A stretch of DNA of 64,000 nt from Thiotrichaceae bacterium (lineage in GTDB: Bacteria > Pseudomonadota > Gammaproteobacteria > Eutrophobiales > Eutrophobiaceae), in NCBI GenBank assembly GCA_012960105.1, contig DUBV01000005.1, forward strand, positions 77,000-140,999. Reading direction: 5' to 3'. Position 1 is the first letter of the stretch, and every line of letters begins with the position of its first letter. Shown piece by piece: positions 1 to 9,697 of this stretch. The position numbers and the translations under genes are program-made. Below the pieces are notes generated by a model. That model was not told where the DNA came from. It was given only the letters and a program-made list of their open reading frames with translations, and made no database searches.

Positions 1-1176
1 TTGTGTTCCACGCATTTCATCGTGTTGCCTTTCCATGCGACCAAAACGAATATGAGCCAAATTGCGTACCCATTCAAAATACGAAACCGTCACACCACCC
101 GCGTTAACATAAGCATCAGGCAATATAGTGATATCACGTTGACGTAAGATATTGTCAGCTTCAAATGTGACCGGTCCATTTGCAGCCTCTACAATCAATT
201 TTGTTTTTATTCTTTCAGCATTTTCTTTGGTAATTTGTGCTTCCATTGCAGCAGGAATTAAAATATCACATTCAATTTCCAAACCGGAAGCGCCGTCTTC
301 AGAGAATGTTGCATCAGGAAAACCTTTAATAGTTTTATGTTCGTTAATATGGTTACGTACATTTTCAATACATAGGCCTTCATCATTAACTAAGACGCCA
401 TCTCGTTCGACGATAGCAATAATTTTGCTTTCATCTTCTTCATCCAATAATTTTGCCGCGTAATAGCCTACATTTCCCAGGCCTTGCATGACGATACGTT
501 TTCCGCCTAGACCGGGTGTTAGTCCTGCTGCTTTAACATCATCTGCATGGCGAAAGAATTCACGGATGGCATAAACAACCCCACGACCTGTGGCCTCGGT
601 TCTTCCTCGTATGCCACCATGGGCAACTGGTTTTCCCGTAACACATGCAGCGTAATTTATATCTTCAGGATGGAGGTGTTTGTAGGTATCAGCAATCCAT
701 GCCATTTCTCTTTCACCTGTTCCCATGTCCGGTGCTGGGACATTGGTGGCGGGACTGAGAAATCCTTTACGAATAAGTTCACGTGCGAAACGTCGAGTAA
801 TCCTTTGCAGGTCATCACGTGTATATTGATAAGGGTCGATTAATAGTCCGCCTTTAGAACCACCAAAGGGAACATCTACAATGGCACATTTATAGGTCAT
901 CAATGCTGCCAATGCTTCGACTTCATCTTCGTTAACTATTGGAGCGAATCGAATTCCGCCTTTTGAAGGTAACCTGTGACTGCTATGAGTTGAACGCCAA
1001 CCGGTAAACACTTCAATTTTGCCGTTGATTTCTACTGGGAAGTTGATTTTTATGGTGGAATTACAGGCTTTAATAGCTGCTGATATACCTTCATCAATTT
1101 CAAGTACAGTTAATGCGCGATCAACCATAAAATTGACACTTTCGCTAAAACTTAGCGACTTATTGTCTTGTCCCAT
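1..1176 (-). CDS. gdh: Glu/Leu/Phe/Val dehydrogenase (glutamate dehydrogenase); 3' end lies outside the window
   Basis: Not in the ORF track. Manual translation of the minus strand from ATG 1176 (GGAG upstream) gives MGQDNKSLSF...HRLPSKGGIRF...ALMTYKCAIVDVPFGGSKGG...NAGGVTVSYFEW, the GDH signature motifs. Confidence 0.92.
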   Translation of the reverse strand, partial: MGQDNKSLSFSESVNFMVDRALTVLEIDEGISAAIKACNSTIKINFPVEINGKIEVFTGWRSTHSSHRLPSKGGIRFAPIVNEDEVEALAALMTYKCAIVDVPFGGSKGGLLIDPYQYTRDDLQRITRRFARELIRKGFLSPATNVPAPDMGTGEREMAWIADTYKHLHPEDINYAACVTGKPVAHGGIRGRTEATGRGVVYAIREFFRHADDVKAAGLTPGLGGKRIVMQGLGNVGYYAAKLLDEEDESKIIAIVERDGVLVNDEGLCIENVRNHINEHKTIKGFPDATFSEDGASGLEIECDILIPAAMEAQITKENAERIKTKLIVEAANGPVTFEADNILRQRDITILPDAYVNAGGVTVSYFEWVRNLAHIRFGRMERQHDEMRGTQ

Positions 1177-1237
1177 TCTGTTTCTCCCTGATTTTTATCA
1201 AACAGTTTTTAAACTAAAGCTTAGTCTAATATTGTGA

Positions 1238-1981
1238 CTATTCCATCCAGATCATTGATGCAGTACGTCCAGTATTGCCATCTCGCCGATATGAAAAGAA
1301 TAATTCGTCCATTTTGTATGTGCATAGATTACACTCAAAAATTGCGCCAACTCCACTGTTTTTTAGAAGAATTTTGACAATTTTATTTAAGTCACAATGC
1401 CAATGATTCATGTCGGTTTGATGAAATGCACTTTTGAGCAAATTTGAATGATTTAAACAGTTTTCATAAACATCTTTGCCGACTTCATAGTGCTCGTTGC
1501 TGATGCAAGGGCCTATCCAGACGAATACTGTTTCGGGCTCAGGAAATACCTTAATGGCTTTTTCAATGATTCCTCCGCAGATTCCTTTCCAGCCGGCGTG
1601 AATAGCGGCGACTTTTGTTCCGTCTTTATTACAAAGCAAAATGGGAACGCAGTCTGCAGTCATAATGACGCAAACCTTATTTTGTTTTGTTGTATAGCAG
1701 CCATCGGCATTTAGGCTATCAGCTGCTGTATCGAGGGAAATGATCTCTGTACTATGAATTTGATTTAGCCAAGTGGGGTCTGATTGTAAATTAAGATGCT
1801 TTATCAGAGTTTCACGGTTTTTATTAACATTAGTGGACTTATCACCAACATGTAGGGCGAGGTTAAGATCATTGTAGGGTTTGTCGCTATGCCCCCCGAG
1901 TCTGATTGATACGCCCGCGCGAATATGTTCTGGAGCCGACCAATCTGCCCGAAGCCAATATCTATTTATTTGTTTGGTCAT
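1238..1981 (-). CDS. pgeF: Peptidoglycan editing factor PgeF/YfiH
   Basis: LNLALHVGD, LNQIHS, TADCVPILL, AIHAGWKG, FFSYRRDG motifs; overlaps the end of rluD as usual. Confidence 0.93.
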   Translation of the reverse strand: MTKQINRYWLRADWSAPEHIRAGVSIRLGGHSDKPYNDLNLALHVGDKSTNVNKNRETLIKHLNLQSDPTWLNQIHSTEIISLDTAADSLNADGCYTTKQNKVCVIMTADCVPILLCNKDGTKVAAIHAGWKGICGGIIEKAIKVFPEPETVFVWIGPCISNEHYEVGKDVYENCLNHSNLLKSAFHQTDMNHWHCDLNKIVKILLKNSGVGAIFECNLCTYKMDELFFSYRRDGNTGRTASMIWME

Positions 1982-2918
1982 AGCTGTTTAATGCTTCTAT
2001 TAATGAATTTATATCATTGGGTAGAACAGCATTAAATTTCATTTTGTCCTTGGTGATAGGGTGGGGAAGCTCGAGGGAATATGCATGTAATGCTTGGCGC
2101 TTAAAGTTTTTAATAATTTCACGTAATGGGGAATCGACGCCTTTTTTTACGGAATTATTATTTCCATAAACAGGATCTCCGACTATAGGGTGTTTGATGT
2201 AAGACATATGTACTCGTATTTGGTGAGTTCTACCGGTTTCTAGTTGAACATCCAGATGAGTGTAATGTTGAAATTTATTGATAATCCGATAGTGAGTTAC
2301 TGCCTTTTTACCAGAATTTGTCACAGCCATTTTGATGCGGTTAACGGGGTGTCTTCCCATGTTGTTTTCGATAGTTCCCCCCGCAACAAGCTGTCCACAA
2401 ACTATTGTCTGATATTCACGTTTAATATTTCTTTCCTGTAGCTGATGAACCAGAAAGGTATGTGATTCTAACGTTCTGGCGACAACCATTACTCCGGTAG
2501 TTTCTTTATCGAGACGATGAACGATGCCTGCACGAGGCACCATATCAAGCTTGGCATCAAAATTTAGCAGGGCATTTACCAACGTGTGATTTGGGTTTCC
2601 TGCCCCAGGATGTACGACGAGTCCTGTCGGTTTATTAATAATAATAATCGCATCATCTTCGTGAATAATATTGAGTTCGATATCTTCCGCCTCATGTTTT
2701 TCGATGCTATTAAGTTCTGTGCTTATTTCAATGACATCGCCGAAATTGACTTCGTCCTTTTGTTTATAATTTGAGTTATTAACACTAACGTCACCGGATT
2801 TAATCCAGGATTGAATTCTAGAGCGCGAATGTTCAGGGCATAGTTTGGAAAGAGCCTGATCTAGACGTTTTCCTGATAGCTCATCGGGAACAGTAATTTG
2901 AAATTGAAATTTACTCAT
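1962..2918 (-). CDS. rluD: 23S rRNA pseudouridine synthase RluD
   Basis: N-terminal S4 domain, NKPTGLVVHPG, HRLDKETTG (catalytic Asp), LETGRTHQIRVH; divergent from bamD. Confidence 0.96.
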   Translation of the reverse strand: MSKFQFQITVPDELSGKRLDQALSKLCPEHSRSRIQSWIKSGDVSVNNSNYKQKDEVNFGDVIEISTELNSIEKHEAEDIELNIIHEDDAIIIINKPTGLVVHPGAGNPNHTLVNALLNFDAKLDMVPRAGIVHRLDKETTGVMVVARTLESHTFLVHQLQERNIKREYQTIVCGQLVAGGTIENNMGRHPVNRIKMAVTNSGKKAVTHYRIINKFQHYTHLDVQLETGRTHQIRVHMSYIKHPIVGDPVYGNNNSVKKGVDSPLREIIKNFKRQALHAYSLELPHPITKDKMKFNAVLPNDINSLIEALNSYDQTNK

Positions 2919-2927
2919 ATATGTTTG

Positions 2928-3169
2928 AACCTAAAAGCCTCAGTTGACAGGCTCTAAAATTAGTATGTATGTGTTTAAAAATAGCAACTTTATAGTGTGA
3001 GAGATGGTCATCTATAAATTATCTTTACCTGCCTGCTTTATTGCACGTTTTTCAAGCTCATTTGCTTAACAGCGAAAGCCTTACGAGAATTACTATGCTC
3101 GGCTTTCTGGTCGTGCAACTGAACTTGAAAAACTCGCACTCAAATAGCTTCAACTGAGGATTCTAGCTT
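2928..3169. repeat. MITE-like element with terminal inverted repeats and an internal hairpin
   Basis: AACCTAAAAGCCTCAGTTGA (2928-2947) is the reverse complement of TCAACTGAGGATTCTAGCTT (3150-3169) with 3 mismatches. Internal stem 3047-3065/3115-3133 encloses GAAAGCC/GGCTTTC. Confidence 0.6.
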
Positions 3170-3211
3170 GTGGCTTTGCCCTCAAGATAGGATTAGGCTA
3201 ACCTACAGTCT

Positions 3212-3985
3212 ATGCGACATTTATATACTTTATTACTGATTTTTATCATTTCCGGTTGTTCTTATTTTGGCGACGAAAAAGAAGATGAGACCGTAAATTG
3301 GGATGCTGAGCATTTTTATGCTGAAGCAAGAGGGGCACTGGACTCTGGAGATTATTCAAAAGCAGTGGAATTGTATCAAAAGCTGGAAACCAGATATCCA
3401 TTTGGGGTGCATGCACAGCAAGCTTTGTTGGATTTAGCTTATGCACATTATAAGGATGAAGAACCTGAGGCGTCTATTGCTGCAAGTGATCGCTTCATTA
3501 AGCTATACCCGCAAAACGTCCATGTTGATTATGCATACTATTTGAAAGGTCTTTCAAATTTTAATAAGGGGAAAGGTTTTACTCAGCGTTATTTACCCAC
3601 AGATGAATCTCAACGGGATCCCGGTGCGGCTCTCCATGCTTTCCAATCTTTTTCCGAATTGATAAAACGTTATCCAGATAGTGAATATGTTGCAGATTCA
3701 GAACAACGTATGCGATATTTGCGAAACGTACTTGCAAAAAATGAAGTGCATGTTGCGAATTATTATATGCGCCGGGGTGCCTTTATTGCCGCTGCCAACA
3801 GAGCAAGGTATGTGATCGAAAACTATCCGCGCACACCCTCCGTGCCTGATGCCTTGGTAGTATTGGCAAAAACCTATCGTATATTGGAAATGAATGATTT
3901 GTCGGATGATGCCTTGCGGGTTTTAGAGTTGAATTATCCTAATCATCCTGGAGCCTATGAAGCAAAAAATGTGAAGGTTAAATAA
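3212..3985 (+). CDS. bamD: Outer membrane protein assembly lipoprotein BamD (ComL)
   Basis: Lipobox ISGC, TPR helices, RYPFGVHAQQA, DYAYYLKGL, AAANRA; rluD-bamD synteny. Confidence 0.95.
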   Translation: MRHLYTLLLIFIISGCSYFGDEKEDETVNWDAEHFYAEARGALDSGDYSKAVELYQKLETRYPFGVHAQQALLDLAYAHYKDEEPEASIAASDRFIKLYPQNVHVDYAYYLKGLSNFNKGKGFTQRYLPTDESQRDPGAALHAFQSFSELIKRYPDSEYVADSEQRMRYLRNVLAKNEVHVANYYMRRGAFIAAANRARYVIENYPRTPSVPDALVVLAKTYRILEMNDLSDDALRVLELNYPNHPGAYEAKNVKVK

Positions 3986-4011
3986 ATATAGTATTTTGAA
4001 TACTCCATCAA

Positions 4012-5598
4012 TTGAGTAATAAAAAAGAATCTTATTGTTGGAGTGAGTATACTAATTATGTTGCGATTGGGTTTATTGCCCTCATAAGTATTTTCTATTT
4101 TTATTTATCTGCGAACAATAAAATAATTGGCTTAATTGCTGATGATGCTGTCTATTTATTGATGGCAGATTATTTTTCTCCATATTATAGTTCGCTTAGC
4201 CAAAGTGCTGCTTTCATTATTAAAGTAAGCCAGTTTCCTCCTTTATACCCAATCTTTTTAGCACTCTTCGGTGCAAGTAGCGAGAATATTGTTATTGCAC
4301 ATTTAGTAACAACTAGTTGTTTAATAGGAGCAATAATAGTTTATATCCTTTGGCTTAGAGAAAGTGCTGTAACGAAAACAGCGAGCCTATATTTGGCATT
4401 AATTTTTATTTGTTTACCTGCATCATTTCTTATGAATATTGATTTGTGGAGCGAGCATTTATATTTATTTTTTACAATGAGTGTACTTTTTTTAATTGAA
4501 AAAGCCAATGCAAATAAAAAATATTGGATAGTAGTTGCTTGTATTGTTGGACTGATCCCCTTGGTAAGAATAGTTGGCGTATCATTTTTAGCCGCATTTT
4601 TAATTTACCTTCATATTCATAAAATTCATGGGCGCTATAAATATTTTATAATTAGTGTTTTTCCTATTTTAATATGGAAAACCATTTCAATAAGTTTTAG
4701 CCCCTTGGACATGAACGAAGGCCCTTTGATGATTGAGGGTATTCTGCTTACATTTTATCAACATGATTTTGTAGATATTCTCAATAATTTATTTTTTGTA
4801 CAGTTTCAGAATTTATGGAATGGTTGGCATGAATGTATAGATGTACAAAAAAATATTTGGAGCGGAATAATCTGTGCATCTGTATTATTTTTTGCTCTAT
4901 TAAGTTGGTTGCCTCGGCTGTATAAAAAAAAGATTGATAGTATATATTTATTATTTTACTTAATAATAATTTGGATGTGGCCTGCACAAGATCATGACAT
5001 GCGATTTATGTTTGTTGTATGCCCTATTTTGTTTTATTACAGTTATTTATCCTTCTCTATGTTAATGAGGAATTATGCAGTAAAAAATATAAGCCATATT
5101 ATTAATTATGCGAGCATATTATTAATATTAATAATTATGCTGCCTACGAATTTATATGCCGTACATAGGTTATTTACAAGTATCCCTCCTGAGTTAAGTG
5201 ATTATCGAAATACGAGATACTGGATGACTGAGCCGGATAATCTCCAAACCGAAGTATCAATTATAATTTTAAATAGAATGATTGAGTCTTATAAAGATGC
5301 GAAGCAATTTATTCCAGAAAAAGATTGTGTGTATTCTGTCCATCAGGAACAGTTTATGTTTTATACACGTAGGATAGCGATGCCTCCGCCTAATGCAGAT
5401 ATAGTAACTGAAAAAACTTTTAAGAAAGGCGTAAGGAAATGTGAATACGTTCAAATTACTCATACAACTAGCCATCCTTATTACCCCGGAGGATATCCAA
5501 TTAATGAACTGGGAGGTAATTATAAATATTTATCTACAACTAGATTAGATACGGGAAATGATATTGCCGTCATCGGCGCACTTCTGCAGCTTTACTAA
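4012..5598 (+). CDS. Polytopic membrane protein, putative GT-C-fold glycosyltransferase (paralogue A)
   Basis: Many hydrophobic helices; first loop ADDAVYLLMA then FPPLYP, SE motif, RIVG; motifs shared with 23734 and 27120. TTG start uncertain. Confidence 0.7.
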   Translation: MSNKKESYCWSEYTNYVAIGFIALISIFYFYLSANNKIIGLIADDAVYLLMADYFSPYYSSLSQSAAFIIKVSQFPPLYPIFLALFGASSENIVIAHLVTTSCLIGAIIVYILWLRESAVTKTASLYLALIFICLPASFLMNIDLWSEHLYLFFTMSVLFLIEKANANKKYWIVVACIVGLIPLVRIVGVSFLAAFLIYLHIHKIHGRYKYFIISVFPILIWKTISISFSPLDMNEGPLMIEGILLTFYQHDFVDILNNLFFVQFQNLWNGWHECIDVQKNIWSGIICASVLFFALLSWLPRLYKKKIDSIYLLFYLIIIWMWPAQDHDMRFMFVVCPILFYYSYLSFSMLMRNYAVKNISHIINYASILLILIIMLPTNLYAVHRLFTSIPPELSDYRNTRYWMTEPDNLQTEVSIIILNRMIESYKDAKQFIPEKDCVYSVHQEQFMFYTRRIAMPPPNADIVTEKTFKKGVRKCEYVQITHTTSHPYYPGGYPINELGGNYKYLSTTRLDTGNDIAVIGALLQLY

Positions 5599-5605
5599 TT
5601 ATATT

Positions 5606-7225
5606 TTATTTGTCATTTTCACTGTAGCCAGATGTTATTGGGTAGCGTCTATCTCTTCCAAAACCTCTTTCAGTTATTCGCACCCCTGGTGCTGCTTGTC
5701 TGCGCTTATATTCATTTTTGTCGACTAGTTGTATGAGTTTATACACAGTGTCAGCATCGTAGCCATTTTTAATTATATTTTTTGGTGATGTATCAAACTC
5801 AATGTATTGTTCGAGAATTGCATCGAGAATATTATAATCAGGTAGTGAATCCTGATCTACTTGGTCATGACGTAGTTCCGCCGAAGGAGGTCTGCTTATC
5901 ACTCTTTCAGGAATAACTTGTCCTTGTGTATTACGCCATGTTGCTAATCGGTAAACCAACGTCTTCCATACATCTTTGAGAGGTGCATAACCTCCGGCCA
6001 TGTCTCCATAGAGTGTTGCGTAGCCGACAGCCATTTCACTTTTATTGCCCGTGGTTAGTACCAGTTTGCCACATTTGTTTGATGCCGCCATGAGCAGAGT
6101 TCCTCTGCAACGTGCTTGTATATTTTCCTCAGTCGTATCAGTCGATAAATCATTAAAGCGGGGCTCGAGCACTTTAAGAAAAGATTTAAAAGGCTGTTCA
6201 ATAGAGATAGTTTCATGTTTAACGCCAAGTATTTCTGCTTGTATGTAGGCATCTTCATTACTCATGTCTGCGGTGTAGCGCGAAGGCATAAGCAATACTT
6301 CAACATTTTCCGCACCTAAAGCATCTACTGCAATACTTAATGTTAATGCTGAATCTATGCCGCCGGATAAACCAATGAGTGCGCCTTTAAAATTATTTTT
6401 TATGACATAGTCTCGTACACCTAAAACAAGTGCGTTATAAATATTTTCTTCTTCAGTTTGATGAGCCTTTATATTTTTACTGATGTTCGATTTTTCAAGG
6501 TCTAGTTCGAAACTATATAAGCCTTCTTCAAATTGAGGCGCATGAAAAATTGTTTCTCCCTTATTATCAACGATCATTGAATTGCCATCAAAAACAAGTT
6601 CATCTTGTCCTCCAACCAGATTGGCATAGACAATGTGCATATTAGAATTTTGAGCACGTTTAGAGATCATTTCTTCACGTTCAACTAGTTTATTTTTATG
6701 ATAAGGAGAAGCGTTAATATTGAACATGATTTTAGCGCCCGCAGAAGCAGCATAAGTGATAGGTTTCTGATCCCATATATCCTCGCATATAGTTATTGTC
6801 GCAGTGATACCTTTAATATTAAATAAACATGTTTCATTTCCGGCAGTGAAATATCTTTTTTCATCGAAAACACCGTAATTTGGAAGATGTTGTTTGTAAT
6901 AGGTTTGTTTGATCTCTCCATTATGTATAAGGCTGCATGCATTGTATAAAGTATCATTATGCTTCGTTGGGTAACCAAGTAGGGCATGAATATTTCTGGT
7001 TTTTTTTACAATTCTATCTAATGCGATATTTATGTAATCATTAAATGCAGGACGCAACAATAAATCTTCAGGAGGGTAAGAACTTATACTCAATTCAGGA
7101 AAAATAATAATGTCGGCATTATGCTTAAGTTCAGCATCACTAATGGAATTTATTATTTTTTCTGTATTGCCCTCAATGTCTCCAACAGTGAGGTTTAATT
7201 GGGCAAGTATTATGTTTATTTTCAT
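5606..7225 (-). CDS. nadE: Glutamine-dependent NAD+ synthetase
   Basis: Nitrilase-like domain (FPEL, KQHLPNYGVFDEKRYF, ICEDIW) fused to synthetase domain (GLSGGIDS, ENIQAR, TGNKSE). Confidence 0.96.
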   Translation of the reverse strand: MKINIILAQLNLTVGDIEGNTEKIINSISDAELKHNADIIIFPELSISSYPPEDLLLRPAFNDYINIALDRIVKKTRNIHALLGYPTKHNDTLYNACSLIHNGEIKQTYYKQHLPNYGVFDEKRYFTAGNETCLFNIKGITATITICEDIWDQKPITYAASAGAKIMFNINASPYHKNKLVEREEMISKRAQNSNMHIVYANLVGGQDELVFDGNSMIVDNKGETIFHAPQFEEGLYSFELDLEKSNISKNIKAHQTEEENIYNALVLGVRDYVIKNNFKGALIGLSGGIDSALTLSIAVDALGAENVEVLLMPSRYTADMSNEDAYIQAEILGVKHETISIEQPFKSFLKVLEPRFNDLSTDTTEENIQARCRGTLLMAASNKCGKLVLTTGNKSEMAVGYATLYGDMAGGYAPLKDVWKTLVYRLATWRNTQGQVIPERVISRPPSAELRHDQVDQDSLPDYNILDAILEQYIEFDTSPKNIIKNGYDADTVYKLIQLVDKNEYKRRQAAPGVRITERGFGRDRRYPITSGYSENDK

Positions 7226-7381
7226 ATGAATTTATTGGTTTCTATTTCGTAGAATATTATTTCTGGGACGAAGAAGTATTTTATGAAGGAAAAGTAATTA
7301 GAATATTACCTACAATTTTAATCTAATTATAGCCTTGATTAGCAGGTAAACCATAGACTTGTTGGAATTCGATTGATTTAA

Positions 7382-8131
7382 TTATATATCAACATTTTTT
7401 ACAAGCTCAATATCTACGAAACTTCCAAAGTCATTTGTGATTCGCAATAAAAACTTATCAAGCATGATAGCTAATGGAATAAAAATTTTTGGAATAAGAT
7501 TCCACTTTTTTAGTCCTCCACTTAGCCAATAAAATAAAGGTGTATGTGGTTTGTATTTAATCAATTTTAACTCGGGATATTTCTTTTGAAACAATTTTAA
7601 GTCTCTTCGAAAAACGATCCAAGTAAGAGCGCCATTTGCATCTGTTACTGGGTTACTTGATTCAAATGTCCATGAATTAGTTTTGTCGTCGTAATTTTCA
7701 TTGTGAAGGTATTTTAAAATCCATCGGCTAATTAAACCAATGTGTTGGTCGATCATGAGTATTCTTCCCTGAGGAGCTAAACACCGACTTACTTCACTTA
7801 GAAATAATTCTACATCTGAGATATGGTGAAAAACGTTAAGCATGCAAAATAGTCGAATACTATCGTTTTTAAAGGGCAATGTTTTTCCATCAATAACACA
7901 GTCTAACTCTGGAAATAAAATGACATCCGTTGTTATGAATTCTGAAATAAAATATTTTGTAAGCCCCGCTCCGGAACCCAATTCAATAGCTAGTCCTTTT
8001 TGGGGGCAGCGATTAAGTATTTCGGTATATTTTTGATAAGATTTTTGATAAAAATATTTTTTTGCAGCTGTATTAATAATACGCTTTTTTAGTTCTGAGG
8101 TATCCTCCGTTTCAACAAGCTTATTTGCCAT
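7382..8131 (-). CDS. Class I SAM-dependent methyltransferase
   Basis: IELGSGAG motif I, LPFKNDSI, NVFHHI, RCLAPQGRI; overlaps the upstream GT2 gene. Confidence 0.8.
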   Translation of the reverse strand: MANKLVETEDTSELKKRIINTAAKKYFYQKSYQKYTEILNRCPQKGLAIELGSGAGLTKYFISEFITTDVILFPELDCVIDGKTLPFKNDSIRLFCMLNVFHHISDVELFLSEVSRCLAPQGRILMIDQHIGLISRWILKYLHNENYDDKTNSWTFESSNPVTDANGALTWIVFRRDLKLFQKKYPELKLIKYKPHTPLFYWLSGGLKKWNLIPKIFIPLAIMLDKFLLRITNDFGSFVDIELVKNVDI

Positions 8132-9431
8132 GTGGCAAACCTAGCTTTAATCGAAGAATGCCGATGAGTGTTATCTTAAAAAGCATGCTGCCATGGTTAA
8201 ATCGATCAATATTCGTTTCCCCATAAGTCCGGGCACGATAACGTATTGGAATATCTTTTATTCCAAGTGCCATAACAGATGCGGGAAATAAAAGCTGGAA
8301 ATCACCAAAAGGATCGTGTTCTCCAAAGTCATCCCACCATTTAATAATTCTTGCATAATCATCACGGTGAAACAGTTTTGTGCCGCATAAAGAATCACCT
8401 AAAGGAACCTCCAGTATCCAACTTAAAAGTTTTGCGAAGAAAATATTTCCGAGCCAATTTAAAGGACGCATTGCTTGTCCTTCCATCGGGTAAACTAACC
8501 GGGTGCCGTTAATAAAATCTGCATGTCCATAATGAAAAGCATCTATGAATTGTGGTAATAGTTCAGGAGGCATAGAAAGGTCTGCATCCAGAATAGTCAG
8601 AAGTTCTCCTTTTGATTTTTCAAATCCAAGACGGACAGCATCACCTTTTCCTTTCCCCTTTTGTTGGAAAGTTTGAATTGAATAATTATCTTTAAATTCT
8701 TCCGCTATATTCAGGATCTCTTCCCATGTGTCATCTGTAGAATTGCCTTCTATAAATATAACCTCAGTCTCATTCTCTAGTTTAAGATCTATTAACCTTT
8801 CCATTATATCTCGAATATTTCCGTATTCATTCCTTGCTGGAACCACAATGCTGAGAGAACGTTTTGTTTGATCTACAATAATAGGTCGAACGGTAATTAG
8901 ATAAACTTGAGAAAACCATTTTATAAAAGGAATTTTTTCAAGGACAAGGTTAATAATTCTACCAAACCCAAATAAATTCCAGGGAAAAACGCCAACGCAT
9001 TTAGTTTGGATTATTTCATATCCACTAAGATCCAGTATATTTTTCAGATCCGTTCGTGTTAGGTAAGTTGTTGGCAATGGAGTCTTCTTAAGCCCCACTT
9101 TTTTTAGAAGTGAATGTGCCCAGGCAAAATATGGATTATAAAGCACAATTGCCAGACGAGAAAATCTATTTATTTTAGATTTAATATTTAACATTAAATC
9201 ATGGATATCATAATTATGATTTAGATTACCGTTAAGTAAGATGACTGATTTTTCTGAATTTGAAGAGGCAGTTAACTCTTCAAAAGAGGAACTAATATTT
9301 TTTTTATTTGCTTTGATTTTTTCAAAAAGATATAGCTTGTCATGCTCCATCGGTTTCAGCTGAACCAACGTATCTGCATAACTACTTAATTTCGATATTT
9401 CAGTTGCCAATTGATTAAGAACTGCGCGCAT
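8121..9431 (-). CDS. GT2 glycosyltransferase (polyprenyl-phosphate sugar synthase-like) with a degenerate methyltransferase-like N-terminal region
   Basis: C-terminal SIVVPARNE, EGNSTDDT, GKGDAVRLG, ILDADLS, DSLCGTK, YRARTYGETNI; about 190 extra N-terminal residues without a GxGxG motif. Confidence 0.82.
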   Translation of the reverse strand: MRAVLNQLATEISKLSSYADTLVQLKPMEHDKLYLFEKIKANKKNISSSFEELTASSNSEKSVILLNGNLNHNYDIHDLMLNIKSKINRFSRLAIVLYNPYFAWAHSLLKKVGLKKTPLPTTYLTRTDLKNILDLSGYEIIQTKCVGVFPWNLFGFGRIINLVLEKIPFIKWFSQVYLITVRPIIVDQTKRSLSIVVPARNEYGNIRDIMERLIDLKLENETEVIFIEGNSTDDTWEEILNIAEEFKDNYSIQTFQQKGKGKGDAVRLGFEKSKGELLTILDADLSMPPELLPQFIDAFHYGHADFINGTRLVYPMEGQAMRPLNWLGNIFFAKLLSWILEVPLGDSLCGTKLFHRDDYARIIKWWDDFGEHDPFGDFQLLFPASVMALGIKDIPIRYRARTYGETNIDRFNHGSMLFKITLIGILRLKLGLPHGK

Positions 9432-9697
9432 CAGTTTGCCTATTTGTATATTTAGAAAAGCGTCCTTAGGACGTGGAAAGGTTCAATGCTTATAAATTCA
9501 GAACCTGTTTATACATTCGACTGATACTATAGCCATTTGTTATTAATCTCAATTGTGTTGTTTTACTTTAATGATGATTAAGAATAGAAACATATATAAT
9601 TATTTGTTGCAGCTTCAATAATTTTATACTTAATCCTTATAAGTGATTTAATCATCAAACAGTATTATTTTATTTAAAATAGCTTGTTAAATTTAGC

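Noticed and set aside
152-1237. Plus-strand ORFs 152-463, 547-843 and 1019-1237
   Set aside because: Antisense shadows of the minus-strand gdh gene, which the ORF track missed because its stop lies outside the window.
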